A stretch of DNA of 63,322 nt, counting the filler, from Choristocarpus tenellus KU-1152 (Eukaryota; Protista; Phaeophyceae): NCBI GenBank assembly GCA_964200185.2. It is 11 parts of 11 records of this genome, joined end to end, with 100 filler letters (N's around TTAATTAATTAA, not from the genome) between each part and the next. Parts side by side here need not be neighbours in the genome. Positions count along the whole stretch, not along the records: positions 7,805 to 12,976 come from CAXNAD020011623.1; positions 13,077 to 15,900 come from CAXNAD020024435.1; positions 16,001 to 25,416 come from CAXNAD020003691.1; positions 25,517 to 28,601 come from CAXNAD020022428.1; 7 more parts are not named here. One strand, given 5' to 3'. Positions 12,761-26,260 of this stretch are shown one piece after another. Made by a program: the position numbers and the translations under genes. Below the pieces are notes generated by a model that did not search any database, was not told the DNA's origin, and worked only from the letters and a program-made list of their open reading frames with translations. Each line of letters opens with the position of its first letter. Positions within the stretch are counted from its first letter, which is position 1.

Positions 12761-14171
12761 GTATAGGAAGGCTCATCTTCGAGAATTGCTGTTCAGTATA
12801 TGGGTAGAACATGTGCTGACATGCACACTATTTAACCTCGACACCTTTGTGTTACAGGCGAATAGCGTGAGCGTTTCTTCTTGTATTTCAACGAAGTTTG
12901 AGCATTTGTTACACACGAATAGCACGAGCATTTTCTTGTTATGTTTCAGGAAATACGAACATTTGTAACAGACGTANNNNNNNNNNNNNNNNNNNNNNNN
13001 NNNNNNNNNNNNNNNNNNNNTTAATTAATTAANNNNNNNNNNNNNNNNNNNNNNNNNNNNNNNNNNNNNNNNNNNNGGGGGGGGGGATTATACTCCGCTA
13101 CGTACATTTGAAAATAAAAAAGATGAAAATAAAAATTGTTCGCTGAGCACGTTCATACCTAAAATTGAACACAACAAAAAAAAAGGCAAAAAAGTCGTTT
13201 CTTTGCTCTTCAAATAGTAGAATGAATAATGAACATATCCGTTCTTACTCAGGAGCAGTACACAATTAACAAAAAAAAGAAAAAAAAAGAGAGAGAGAGA
13301 GAAGAATCTCAAGATGAACGCGAGAACGGTTTTTCCCTTCAGAACCAGAACGATATCCAATCAAAAGGCGCTCAGAGCGATGAAAGGACTTGTCTCTATT
13401 TAATACAGCAGCCTACTGTCGCGATAAACTCGCATCTAGTAACTAACTAACCCCCATCATGTCACAACAGAAAATATATATTTCCCTGATACATACGCCC
13501 ATCCTCCTTTTCTCACCGAAAAAAAAGGAAATTTACAATGAATTTCCACCACGCTTAACTTTAATGCACACGATACTTTACCATTTTTTTAGTAGAAAAA
13601 AAGAAGAAGAGACAACTCGATACTCTCTCGGAAGGTTAAGAACATTATTTTTTTTTTCACTACGCTTGGCAACATAACTAACGTTAGAATAGGTTAAAAA
13701 TAAAATAAAATAAAATAACACCACTTTTCTTACAATCCTCTATTACCTCCGACGGACTCTGTCCCACTGAATGAAAAATACAGAACAAGAGACCTGGTCT
13801 GCTACAGTATGGATTTACACCAAAACCTTTTTATCTCCGATCAGGTCCTTCAAAACCAAGTTACCAGAACGTAACAGTTAATGAAAAATCAAAGGGGTAC
13901 ATTTCATGCAACCCTTCAGTGAAAAAATAAAAATAAAATCATGCACTTGATATAAAGAGCCTCTCTTAGACTCTTTCCTCTAGAATCACACAAGTTCCAA
14001 CACAAAGTTAGCCTTCGGAGCTGACTCCTACCTACCACCCGGGGTCACTTGCCTTGCTATGATGGCCATTTTATTTTCCTGACGACTGAGGGCCCCCCCT
14101 CCTTCCCTTGCCTTCAGTGAAGGCTCGTCCCTTCCGTCGCACCCACAAGCATGATACATCACATCACATAA

Positions 14172-14360
14172 CATAGTAAACAACACATTGCACGACGAAG
14201 TAAGCAACACAGAGGTACAACAAATCACACAATACAGTAAGAAACACAGAGGTACAACAAATCACACAACACAGTAAACAACACGGAGGTACAACACATC
14301 GCACAACACAGTAAACAACACAGAGGTACAACACATCGCACAACACAGTAAACAACACAT
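14172..14360. repeat. 37-bp minisatellite, about 5 units
   Basis: GAGGTACAAC recurs near 14212, 14249, 14287 and 14324. Confidence 0.88.
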
Positions 14361-14959
14361 CAACAATGAACACCAAAACTAAACTAAATAATAAAAGAAA
14401 GGTGACTGAGCGCAGCCACTGCTTTTCAAACAACAAAAAAAAAAAAAAAAACACGGTACATGAACACTGATTGGATCGAGCAAAAAGATGACACACGCCT
14501 TCAACAGGTGATACCAAACTTCACAGGACATGCTGTATACGCTCTGTAGCCAAGACCGTCCAAAGAGCACTTAACTCCATGCCGTTGCACAGAGGCAGCG
14601 ACGATCGCATTTAAAAATTAGACCACTGATTTCTCCCACGCATCATGTAACCACAATTTTATTTTATTTTATTTTATACAACTAAAAGACTAGGGCTGCC
14701 CCTTTGACATTTTTCTTAAAGATTATGATAATTTTTTTTTAATAATAATAATAATAATAACAATAACTTGGGGTTAGGCGGCTGTAAATACAAAAAAAAT
14801 GAAATAATTATCTTATCTTCACCCAATCAAATCACCTCCTTAAAATTTTGAATCCCTAATTTAAAATAAAAAACCAAACATCCCCTCGATCTCGTGATCT
14901 GATGACACAGATAGTCACTTTGAAACACAGATATCAATAAATACCCAATCACAGGCACA

Positions 14960-15100
14960 TACAACCTTCATTTGTCAATTACCCCCTCAGAGGGAATACA
15001 TACCTTCATTTGTCAATTACCCCCTCAGAGGGAATACATACCTTCATCTATCAATTACCCCTCAGAGACACATATATACCTTCATTTGTCAATTACCACT
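14960..15100. repeat. 38-bp minisatellite, about 4 units
   Basis: (ATACCTTCATTTGTCAATTACCCCCTCAGAGGGAATAC)n. Confidence 0.88.
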
Positions 15101-15312
15101 CAACAGGTACGGATCTTCAGAACCCATCTCTAATATCTGATTCAAGACTGCAATGACACCAAACCCCAAATTTCCCTTCCTCCCTCACTCCATTATTCCT
15201 CAACATAAGCGATCACTCTTTCTTTCCTACCCGTGTCCTCACTCCAATTATTCCGACAGGGGTACAACTTGCAAACCTCAACACAAACATCACACGCCTG
15301 TCTGTGCCAGCT

Positions 15313-15340
15313 ATAACCCTAACCCTAATCCTAACCCTAG
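15313..15340 (-). repeat. Short interstitial (TTAGGG)n tract
   Basis: TAACCCTAACCCTAATCCTAACCCTA; similar tracts at 2411-2430, 28502-28515, 58337-58353 and 61244-61256. Confidence 0.75.
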
Positions 15341-15779
15341 CTAATTATTGCGCTAATAAAGTAGATTAAATTAACCTTCTCATAACCAGCCTCAATCTAT
15401 TTACACCAGGGAGGGTACTTGTCCCTCACAGACAACATTTTTTTTTATTTTTAAAAAGGTGGCGCCAAAGATAAAAGACAGCCGACTCTGGTAAACTAAA
15501 AATATCCTGTAGTAAACACCAAAAAAAAAACTCCTCCCCCCACCCCCCCCACACCNNNNNNNNNNCTTCCCCACATCGGTCATGAACTAAACATATATAT
15601 ATATATATATATATACCTTCACAAAAACCCGAGGTACCCTCGAATGTCAGGTAGACCCAACCTCCTCTCGAACACAACAAAAAAGAAAATATATACATGG
15701 ATATATATATATAAATATACCCTATTCCGCCCACCACCATGGGCCGTTTCATCCCAAACCAACAAACTACACGAGGGCA

Positions 15780-15829
<50 letters not shown>

Positions 15830-16000
15830 AACGGCCGCGTGGAGGGGGGAGAAAGACGTGTCGGGGGGGCCCGTTGCTCAAAAAAAAAAACAAAACCACA
15901 NNNNNNNNNNNNNNNNNNNNNNNNNNNNNNNNNNNNNNNNNNNNTTAATTAATTAANNNNNNNNNNNNNNNNNNNNNNNNNNNNNNNNNNNNNNNNNNNN

Positions 16001-16067
16001 ATCGGGACATGGAAAAAAGGACCCCAAATGGACAGCTGCCACCCCCCCCCCCCAGATACTTTGAGTC
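16001..16067 (+). mobile_element. MITE family A, right end at contig start
   Basis: CCCCAAATGGACAGC...CCCAGATACTTTGAGTC. Confidence 0.85.
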
Positions 16068-17045
16068 ACAGCACCACCAACAACCTTCAGAACACTGCAG
16101 TACATAAGAAGCATAAGATCAGTCGCTACACATCACACATAGAGGCATGGTATGCATCACTTGAATTACATTAGATATTGATTCAAGTTTGTTCTGTTGT
16201 TACACTCTGTTTTTGGTTTTTCCCTTCCTTCTTCTTAACAGCAGAAGACTCCAACTCCGCGTTAATTGTTGATTTTATTTCTTCTTGGTTTACATTTCCC
16301 CCTCATAATACACCAAGCTCACTCTGCGTCAAGAGCATCTGATACACCCCTGGATGCCATATACTCGGAGTTAAAACATCCGCAGAAAGCCTTGTCCGAC
16401 AAGGTAACGGGCCTCTTCTTAGAGCACGCATTTCTTCCTTTGAGTGTATCAAGGAAGACCCCTGAATTCATATCATCCATCTTCTGACTGACCAAGCAAT
16501 GGCTTCAGTTTCAACAGAACAAACTCACCGGTGCTTTGCGGCACTATGACAACTCTTCGCATCACAAACTATCCACTGCACACAAAAGCAACACTCATTC
16601 GATTCAGGTTTCAACAGGTTATGAGCCTCACACAATTCCCCTTCGCAGCCTGAAAACATCCCATCATTAGATGCGATGTGGAGATGGCAGAAGGTGCTGG
16701 GAGTCAATTCAAGTCTGCATGTGAGCATCCCTCTGCTACTGAGATGAACAAGTTGCCTCAGGTGAGAGATTGGGACGAAGGGAAAGGAAACTTCATCTTC
16801 CTATGGGGATGACAACCTTTCAGAGCAGCGAGACCCAGAGCGACGGTTGTGAGGCCATTTGCGCAAGTTAATGCTGACTACTGCATTAACTTGATAGTGA
16901 CAGCAAGGCAGTATAGAAACTGTAATGGGAATGCTTTGGCTATTCTTCTAGTTCATCTACTGAATGCAATTATCCAGGGTGTGGTCGGGAGAGTTGAGTC
17001 GAGGGAGGGGGACTCGAAGACACAGAATGCCGAAGCTATACTACC

Positions 17046-17303
17046 GAGTGAAGGTATCTTAGAGGGTATGAGTTTTGCCCTGTTTGTCCATCTGGGGCCT
17101 GACTTCCCATGGCATATTTGTATTACATTTTCCTACTCCAAACCATTGTGGAGTAGGTAAAATGTTGAAGTTATGAAAAGGTGTGTCCGGAACAAGATAT
17201 TGACACTTCCCAACAAACACGATCGCCAAAATTACATCAAAATCACAACATTGAATTTTGACCTCAAATGGACGAGGCCCTACCCTCTAAGATACTTTGG
17301 CTC
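17046..17303 (+). mobile_element. MITE family B, full copy
   Basis: TIR GAGTGAAGGTATCTTAGAGGGTA...TACCCTCTAAGATACTTTGGCTC; TSD TACC on both sides. Confidence 0.92.
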
Positions 17304-19516
17304 TACCTTGTAGATAGTCAATGGTATTGTCGGTGAGACCCTGAGCCATGTTTTTGTTGCTGTGAGTGCGGTCGCTCAAATGTCTCGCAATAATGGTATG
17401 TTGTTGAAATCTGGTAGGTTTGGGATACTGAAAAATTCTGCAAGAGGATTGAAACCAGCAGTGTGCATGGTCATTGCATCCAGTAGGGGAGGGGATGGAT
17501 CACAGTTTGTGTTTTCAGGTAGAAGTGTTCCTCCCTGTGCATGCAGCTTTGAACTTGGGAGTATGCGCTGTTGTATTTTGGAACTGAAGAGGTTTGATTA
17601 TTTTCCTCTTTCATAGGACACCCTTTAGTAGTATTGGAGAAGAGTCTAAAATGAAAAGACAAAACGATCTTCTTGTTGATGTCCCTTCACTCCAATCAGC
17701 TATTGAGATACTTCCAAGTAGAAGGAAAGGAAGGCGGTGTGGTGACTCAGAAGGGTAGAAGGGTATGCGGGTGGTTTAGGGATGGCTAGAGGTATGTCCA
17801 CCCCTTTGTGGGTAGCGATATCTACCCACGATGTGCATGCCGCTCAAGGAGGGGGCAAAGGGTGATAGGATCAGGCGGTCGTCAGAAGCAACCCTGCATG
17901 TTAGACATCAGTTGGTGTTACCCCACCAGACCTCAAAACTGTACGGCATGAATGTGGTGAATAGATGATAGTACTCCTCTTGGTAGAGTGATTTGTATAC
18001 TGGATTGTTCCAGCACAAGAGCTATTTGCAAATGGATCTTAGATTGTCTTATGCGGGACATTTTGTGACTGTCGACCTACCACAAATGTGAATACTGGCA
18101 GGGTGCATCATATTTGTCATCCAAAACAGGTGCTGGTAGTGTTTCACAAGCGATACTGCCGAGGGCATCCATTGCTATCCCTACCCAAGCATGTGACCAA
18201 ACATCTGCAGTCACAACTCCATCTCTTTCCTCGCTTTGTCTCCCTACCATTTGTCTCCCTACCACATGGCCATTTTATGCCATGTCATTGTGTGGGATCT
18301 CCTCCAACCTTTGCAAAGGCCAATGGTAAGGTCTTCGTGATTAGTAGATCACTGCAACTGTTGTCCTACCTGTGTCCACAGTAGTCAGCCTGCACCACTG
18401 TACAACAGAAGTGTTCCCACCGCACAGCGAGGAATCTTGGCCTGCCATACCCCCCTGAGAAGTCACGTCCCTCTTGAGCTTGTAGCAGGACGACAATCTC
18501 TACACCTCATCGCTAGTTTCGAGAGAGGGCACCCACCACCTATCGTCTCAGATGCCGCATGGCATGCCGTGGAGGTAGGCGGGTTGTAGGGGACGGTATC
18601 CTACTTGGCTAGATGGAGGTCCTCTACCGGAGACAAAATTCAAGAAGAGATCGTGCCCAACACTGACCCCATCCCGTTAACACCCAGACCTCATATTCAC
18701 GCTGCACCCCCTCTGACTCCAATCCATCCAGGCGCAGCCTCCCGCCCAGGCACAACTTCTGGAGTTGATCCCCCCGCCTGGTGCCGGCCTCTACCCACCA
18801 GTTACGAGGGAGGAGGATCATGGCTTCATTGTACTCCCTGAAAAGGGGTTTGGCGACTACTTTCCGCAGACCAGCATCACCGTGGTGGCTGTGTCCCTAG
18901 CCTTGTACCCGTCAGATCTTGGCTACATGGTGGACAAGTTGACTTTGCCTGCATCCTTTTCCATTCAAGGCACAGTGGACCAGGTGTGCTTTCTTTTTAC
19001 TCTTTTTGTTCCTCAGTCTCTGGACATGTGGGCGGCGAATGAGCATCGGCTATCCTCCTCTCTGACCCCCATACTCTCCACTCGGGCTCTTCTCCACCTC
19101 TGTGACTCCTTTGCAGAGGCCTGATCTGCTTCATCACTTCCCTCGCCTCCCCTCCTCCCTTCTTCCTCTTCAGGAGGTGCGCTACAGGTCGGACATTGAG
19201 GCCACACGGGAATTTCTTCGGGTACAGGCTCATGGCCAGGGAGGCACAGTGGCTGCTGTGAAGGCAATCAAGGGGCTGATTGCGGACTCAAGTGGCAAGC
19301 TTGATGGAGGTCTGGTGCTCCTGGGTCGACTGTTGGAAGCTCAAGGCCTCGCTCTATTGGGCTAAAATCTTGTCGATGTAAGACCCAGTTGATTGGTCGC
19401 AGGGTATGCTCCTGTGCCTGCGCATGGTAAACGTGACGTCTTTGCATACTTCCATTGGACTACTGCTTTACACAAAGTGGATATTGAATATATCTCATCT
19501 ACTGCAAACAATTATC

Positions 19517-19776
19517 CAGTGATAGTATCTTAGAGGGTACAACTTTTTCCCTGTTTGTCCATGTGAGCCTTGGCTTCCCACGGGTTTTTAGTGTCATTTT
19601 ACCCTACTCAAAATTGTTTCGGAGTAGGTAAGACGTATACATTATGAAAAGGTGTGTCTCGAACAAGGACTTTGACATCTCTTAACAAACACGATAGCCA
19701 AAGTTACATCAAAATTGCAACATTGGATTTTGCCCCCCAAATGGACACGGCTCTACCCTCTAAGAGCCTTTGTCTC
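19517..19776 (+). mobile_element. MITE family B, diverged full copy
   Basis: Colinear with the other B copies; termini mutated and TSD not recognisable. Confidence 0.88.
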
Positions 19777-21242
19777 ACCGTCATGTGGTAACGTTGCAAG
19801 CTGTGTAGCGGAAGCTTTAACCATGTGGTAACTGAACCGTCAATGCAACTGCTAAGGCTCATGGTGTTTAGACATGTACTGTTTCTGTACCAACTTTGCA
19901 TACACACAGTGCTCCCATTACCCCCGAGATATTGGATCCACTCCCCATTGGGAGCTAGACAGCTACGCCCATCTACATGGTCTTACACTTTCCTTTTACA
20001 TTCGCTATGCTCCCCACAAGAGTGCAAGAAGAGCGCATATGCTGTTACACAAAGGGGTGCGACGGACATAGAGCACCTTGACCTGACCTACCACATTCTC
20101 ATGTAATCTTGCCCACAGACCAATCGCCTCTTTAATCCCCCAACATCAGCATCCAGACGTGCTCAAGGTACATACCGAACTCACCCCGCTTGTGGATGGA
20201 TATGGTGGAGGGGTGGCGGCAGCGCTCGGTCTTCACATTCCAAGTGCTTGGCGACACTGTGTCACCAAGAGGATAGAGGCAAGAGAGAGCACATTCGCTT
20301 GCTGTGGGTGAACATTGCTCCGGTTCCTCTTGCCTTGTAGAGGTCATTGAGGATTCAGTACATTGACTCGGTCACTTCCCCTTCCTTCTCAATAATTTCC
20401 TGTATCTATCCTCCCTCTCCCTCTGCAGACCTGTATGATGAAGAAGTTGCAACATGTTGAGGACATCCTACAATCTATTGAAGCCCACACCAAGCAGAGG
20501 TAGGTAGCATGACATCCCCCAATTTTTAATGTTGATGCCGTCCCCAATCTGTCACTATTATGTGCACATGTCCCATGCTTTTGTTGTAAACTCAAAAAGA
20601 TTCACTATCCAGTCCTAGAGGATGAGAGCTATAAGAAGGCTGATGCAACAGCAGACATGAGGATGAACGCCAGTGGTTTGTCAGTATTCCACAGGGAGGG
20701 GCACTATGAGGTGCTTGTCGATCCAGGAGCTCCGCTTGCAAAGGAGCTTTGGAAGCAATTCCCACACCTGCGGAAGAGTCAAGATCCTACCTTTCAATCC
20801 GGGCCTGCTACCCACACCACCTTCTCAGCACCTGCAACCGACAAGAAGGAGGAGGTGAATACCCCCCAATCATGATACACGAATCTCCATTCTAACGTGG
20901 ACAAATACATACGCAAGTACATCAACAGGGGTAGAAGTCAACGTTGCATCATGTTCCTATTTGGACCTTCTATGGCCCACAAGTAAATAAGAAAAGGCAT
21001 GCCATTGCTATTGCTGTTACTGCGGTATAGTGACTTAAGGGGTTTTTGCTGCCTTCAAGTTGTTCACATGATAGGGTTATGGTCAGCAATGCGATAGAGG
21101 GTCAACACCACTCCAGAATTCTGATCTATTTGATCAAATATGTGTAGCATCTGATAAAGTAACCTCTCATATCTCGCAACCCTTCACTCTGCTGAGACTG
21201 GAAGAATCAAGGAAATATGGGACGGTGGAAAATCATACACAT

Positions 21243-21424
21243 GACCCAAAGTATCTGGAGGGGGGGGGAAGTCTACACCAGGGTGTTCATTTGTGACAAA
21301 ATCGGGAAAATTGCATTTACATTATTCATTCGATGTATGGAACCAAATCACCCAAAACTCGTGACATGAAAAAATTGACCCCAAATGGACAGCCGCCACC
21401 CCCCCCCCCCAGATACTTTGAGCC
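21243..21424 (+). mobile_element. MITE family A, full copy
   Basis: TIRs intact; TSD ACAT at 21239-21242 and 21425-21428. Confidence 0.92.
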
Positions 21425-23680
21425 ACATTGTACTTTGAAGTGAGATTGTACTGCAACATACAATGATCCCTATGCCGTGGTATAAGTCTTACCATGTACG
21501 AAGGCGGCCAGTGTTTAAGAATACAAATGTGTTTGTCCCCACTCGTGCTTAATGGAGGACATAAAGTTGGCACTTCTTACCAAACAATTGTCTTGCCATT
21601 CATCGCTGACACTGTTGGCAGAATGATTGCCAGCCTTTCTGTGACTACCATCCCCGATTGCCCTGCTTGCTGCACGCCTTATATCAAGGTGTCTGATAAC
21701 TGGCAGCAAGCTATCGCAAATTCCTTGAAGACAGAGAAGGAAGAGAAGGAACTGTGGGAGCAGTGGCCCTCAACTTCCGCAGATAACACCGTCGGAGGGG
21801 GGTGGTCCTAGGAATATACTTCACCTCATGGAAAGTGGAAACAGAGAAGCAGGACTGATGGGCAGGGGTAGGCCATCAGATCGCTCTGTGAATTGCAGTG
21901 GCAACTTCACGGCATATCTTCTTCATTGCCTTGGTTCATTCTTCTGCGACTATGCTGCCCTTTGACAAGATGACAAGATGTAGGGATAGGTTGAATAGAA
22001 GTACACATTTCTTTCTGACTGTGATTGCTCTCCAGGATGATCATGCTCCTTTGCGGTAGGTGGGCCAAATTCTTATTCTTGGTGGAGATGGTGGGTAGAG
22101 AGGACCTTCCCTCAAGAATTTCATAGGTGGAGGACCCAGTAAGTTCCCAGTGCATCAACAATCCTTTTGGAATAGACATTGGGTAGATCTTCTTGATGGG
22201 TAGAGACTGTGGGGGGGGGGGTGGAGTCTTACAGAGGAATGATATTTATGGTGAAAGTGAGATGTGTTCAAGGCATCACCTCCATTTGAGAAAAGGTGGG
22301 GCGGGAAGAGTTGTTGGGGGGGGGGAATTTTCCTTCAGGAATGGCATAGTTTGTGAAAGCAACACGTTCTCAAGGCACCATCTCCAGTGTAAATTATGTG
22401 GGACAAAGATCTGATGCAGGCAAAGATGGTGGGGGGGGTGAATACACGCTCAGAAGTGACGTGTGTTGTGGCAACAGAGCATGGACAGGCAACGCGCCAT
22501 CCCCTTTGTAAAACTAGCCCTGTTTAGGTATTTTCTCTCTAGGAAATTTGGAGTGCCTAGGCGGCTCGACCTTGTCCACATGGTCGTATCCCAATACTTG
22601 GTGGGTGTGAAGTGCTGTTGTGTGAGATATGGCAGTGTTTGAATCAAGGTGTAAGAAGTGCAATGACTCTGTAGGTGTGATGATTGACAGGAAATGAGGG
22701 AATGGGGCAAGCAAGATGTAGGAGATGATAGAGTTCCCACATGCCTACCCACGTTTGCTCGTGGTATTGTTTGTTAAGCGGTCATGCTTGTCCTGGCTTG
22801 TTCATATTATTGTGTGACTGATTGAACATGTTTATCAGCACTGTGAGGGAACTCAAGTAGAGGAAATGCTACCAATGAATTATTCTAAGTACTCTGGAGT
22901 ATTATTTGTTTTCTTGTACGGGTAGAACTGATTCTTCTGGCTACCTACATTCAATGGCATGCTGTAAGAGCTCATTCCTCTGGCAACGCACATGCAATGG
23001 TGTACTTGCTGCATGGTCGCCAACTCACTATTTGGGAAACAATCCCCCACTTAGGAAAGCGGGCGAGTGGAGAGGAGTCAGATGGTGTTCATTCTTGCAG
23101 TGGGAAGTATCTAGGCACTGAGCAGCACGGCTTCCATCCTGTGTGCTTGCTGACTTAGTAGGAGGTGTCTGCTGTTTTTTCTGCTTCTGATGTGCGGTTT
23201 CTTTGTTGTACACTTCAAAGTAGTAACGGCAATGAAAAGGAAATGTAGCTTGGTCATTTGCCCAGAATGTGTAATACCTGGTAAGACAAGAGGTCCATCT
23301 GACATTGTTTGTGGTGCTTCTGTCATTTTTCACACATACGGAGAGTTTTTGGCTTGCTGGTGTTAAGTTGATCCTGGTTTCGTGGTTGATACTATGTTGA
23401 GTGAAACTTTGATGTTGTACCGTAGTACAAATTGAATTCTGTGCAGTAGGACTCTAGCGGCGTGATAAAATATCATGTTCCCAATATGAGTCGGATATAG
23501 TGTGTTCTATGTACATTGTGTGTGTAGTCTTCTGTGAGTTGATGGGATCCGTCAATTTCCACATGTCAGAAGTATTGGTGATACTGCCATTCAAGCAGTA
23601 TCAAGTGGTGAAGTCATGGTTAGGGCAAGGTTCGGGGGTAGGGTTAGCATTTCTCCTTGATCATGCATTGTAGTAACATA

Positions 23681-24227
23681 CAACAGTGGATTTGAAAAAT
23701 TGAGGATGGAGTGTACTATTGAGGATGGTTTTGACCGAAAATGGTGCGGGAAAAGTGCCGATGTGTTTTTTTTTGTAAATGTTGCGGTACTTTTAAGGGC
23801 CACTTTTTGAATGGGAATCAATGCCGAAGGTGTTAGGACATAATTGATCTTGTACGTTTCCAATGTCCAGAAACCGAAAGGTCAAAAAAAGAATGGCAAC
23901 CTCCAATTTTTTGAGATATTAAATCTAGAGATACAAAAATACTAGAGACGACAAAAAGTGGTTCTTGAGTTTCGGCGATTTCTCTTTCTGTTGACAATTG
24001 TGTTACATGAAAAAAGGAATATCGAACAGCATACGATTACATATTGAAAAGAGACAGAGAGTAAAAGTTTTTTGTGACCTTTTCGTTTCGTACCTTTGAA
24101 ACGTATTAGATAAATGAAGGATGTGGTTTGTATCTGTATTTGTTGGTGTAAAGATTATAATATCATTCTACTTTTGGAAACCGTTGAACACTCAGATATT
24201 ATCCTCAATTTTTAAAATCCACTGTTA
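23681..24227. mobile_element. Tc1/mariner-type MITE (family C) with TA TSD
   Basis: TA|CAACAGTGGATTTGAAAAATTGAGGAT...ATCCTCAATTTTTAAAATCCACTGTTA|TA; a related left-end fragment lies at about 56152-56230. Confidence 0.75.
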
Positions 24228-25395
24228 TACGTATCCTCCTTATCAAGCACAAGTTTTCTAATGAACAGGTGGCTTATATTTGGAGCCTTTTATAATGTAT
24301 TACGCCCAATACACGACACACTCTGGAGAGCATATGTACTTCATACACAGCACATACTCCAGAATACATAATATGTGTTACGATGATTAAAATGAAGAGT
24401 GTAGAAGCAAACAATAGTAATCATATGCCGCTGCTACTGCTATTACTAGAGTAGGTATTCCAAGTGATACTTGTTTGTATTCATTGTTATCACTATCTAT
24501 AGATGGTAGTATCTTTATATTTGTCTCCCCTTTAGTCTGTGGACTTTCCTCATCCACTCGTGCTCAGAGCACCACTACCTCTCCTATACTATCTGCTGTA
24601 CATAGCTGAATGTGGCACAACAACTCAGTGTACTACATCGATTCGTGGCTTGCTTCCCATTCGTCAATGCTCAGCAATCCCACCTCTTGTTGCTCCTCGT
24701 CTTCCCTCAATTCTTGTCCTACACGTTGATTTTGATCCTGGTCCAGAGTTCTTTATGGTATAGCGATCGATAGGGTGATACATGTCTACAGTATGTTGCG
24801 TTTGTCATGTGGAAACAGGTAACTGGACCGGATTTCCGTGTAACCAAGTCTGTCGTCCGTGGGCTTCAAATGCGAGAAATTGGTGCAGGGAACAACACTT
24901 TTCTCAACCACTGAGTCACAAGAAGACCTACAACATCAACGAAAAAAATGGACTTTCGCGCCTTCCTGGCAAAGGCCCATCATCACTTACCTCAACAATA
25001 TACATGACGATGCACCCAGGACAAACGTCGTGCTGGCATGACACAGTACTGATATCGATCCAACACCAATTCGAGAAAGATGGGGACGTAGCTAGTGCTA
25101 TGTAGTACCGTTTGCCTAGTCAGTGTGGACATCAACTTGATAGCAGCACAACAGCTGATGGTTGCCCCAATTTGAAGGGTATCTTTGTGTGCATAGGGTG
25201 GGGAGAGGGAAATACCAACCTTACAACCTCGTTCTACTCTGACCCATTGTTGCCTGCGTTGTTCTACCTTGTTTGGCATGCACTTGTTGAAGTATTGCCC
25301 GCCTCATGTAGGAGTAGGAGTGACGAAAACAGGGATGTTGTGAAGGTGTAGAGGAGTGATTAGTTTATGTCTAGGTGGGATATACGAACACCTTG

Positions 25396-25568
25396 GACTC
25401 AAATTATCTAGGGGGGNNNNNNNNNNNNNNNNNNNNNNNNNNNNNNNNNNNNNNNNNNNNTTAATTAATTAANNNNNNNNNNNNNNNNNNNNNNNNNNNN
25501 NNNNNNNNNNNNNNNNAAATTGACCCCAAACGGACAGCCACCACCCCCCCCCCCCAGATACTTTGAGC
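25396..25568 (+). mobile_element. Two MITE family A ends on either side of a spacer (probably different copies)
   Basis: Left end at 25396-25416 and right end at 25517-25568; flanks give no matching TSD. Confidence 0.75.
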
Positions 25569-25769
25569 CTTCTACAGTTTGTGTTGCTTGCAAGACAGTC
25601 CTTCGATACACCACCGAGAGTGTAGTGTATTTGAAATCAAGAAAAAAAAACGGATGAAACCACCATAATTAAACTGCTCCGAAACTGATGCTCCTATGAA
25701 GGTGATCCAGCAAGGGAAGAGTCACATGAGTCAATCAAACCTCGTCTAGCCCACTGACCCAGTGCATCT

Positions 25770-26260
25770 CCAGATAAACTGCATGATAACACATGTGGAG
25801 ATAGCTATTTGTGCAGTGGCTGACATAATCTGTTGCAGATGTGTCGTTTCTTCATCCTACCAAAGTCCTCAGCACCCCGTCCACCCACTATATGATGCGT
25901 CGGCAAGTCATCCAGGAAATGCCCTACCCGTGTGCCTCAGGCGCCCAAAGCTTTTCGCCACTAATGTGTTGAAATTAAAACTGTGAGGGGTCAAAATATC
26001 ATTTGGCCTAGGCCACAGCAGCAGCGATACCGTTTTTCGCTCATGATTGCTGGAATAACGGTCTGCTTGAAGTTCTGTGAAGGTCATATCAATTATACAC
26101 CTGCTTCCCAGGAAGGGGTATTGACTGTGTTAGATAGTAGTGACCCAGCATGGATACCGCATCCATATTGGAATTCCGGTTAATGGTGAAAGAAGGGGCT
26201 TCTAACCTATAGGGTGCAGAGGACACCCATCCACCTTAAGATACTGCCCAGTTACCTGGT
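25770..26260 (-). mobile_element. Degenerate PIF/Harbinger-like transposase relic
   Basis: Fragments LLWPRPNDILTPHSFNFN...FGRL and AEDFGRMKKR...ISTCVIM resemble the DDE_Tnp_4 C-terminus ('FN...VE.AFG.LK.RW...CC.LHN'); many frameshifts. Confidence 0.4.

Larger units (their letters stand above)
18485..21870 (+). pseudogene. Spliced multi-exon pseudogene of unknown family
   Basis: Exon-like blocks with splice signals at about 18732-18983, 19173-19426, 20020-20168, 20429-20500, 20613-20854 and 21690-21870. In-frame stops at 19363, 19390, 20104 and 21809; interrupted by MITEs. Confidence 0.4.

Noticed and set aside
14172-15100. 37-bp and 38-bp repeats as CRISPR-like arrays
   Set aside because: Head-to-tail units with no unique spacers, no cas genes and a eukaryotic context; ordinary minisatellites.
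15313-15340. True chromosome telomere
   Set aside because: Only about 4 imperfect units, internal to the contig.
15426-15952. Poly-Gly/poly-Pro ORFs
   Set aside because: Low-quality homopolymer sequence at a contig end.
18485-21870. Alternative genetic code (stop-codon reassignment) to explain in-frame stops
   Set aside because: The kinase, ABCG and poly(A) polymerase exons contain no in-frame stops, and all three stop types occur here; pseudogenisation is simpler.
21900-23400. Possible CRE/R2-like non-LTR retrotransposon relic
   Set aside because: Only vague motif echoes; cannot be supported without a profile search.
25396-25568. A single MITE spanning the spacer, implying true adjacency of contigs (also 39367-39588)
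   Set aside because: Flanking 4-mers do not form a TSD; most likely different copies at independent contig ends.
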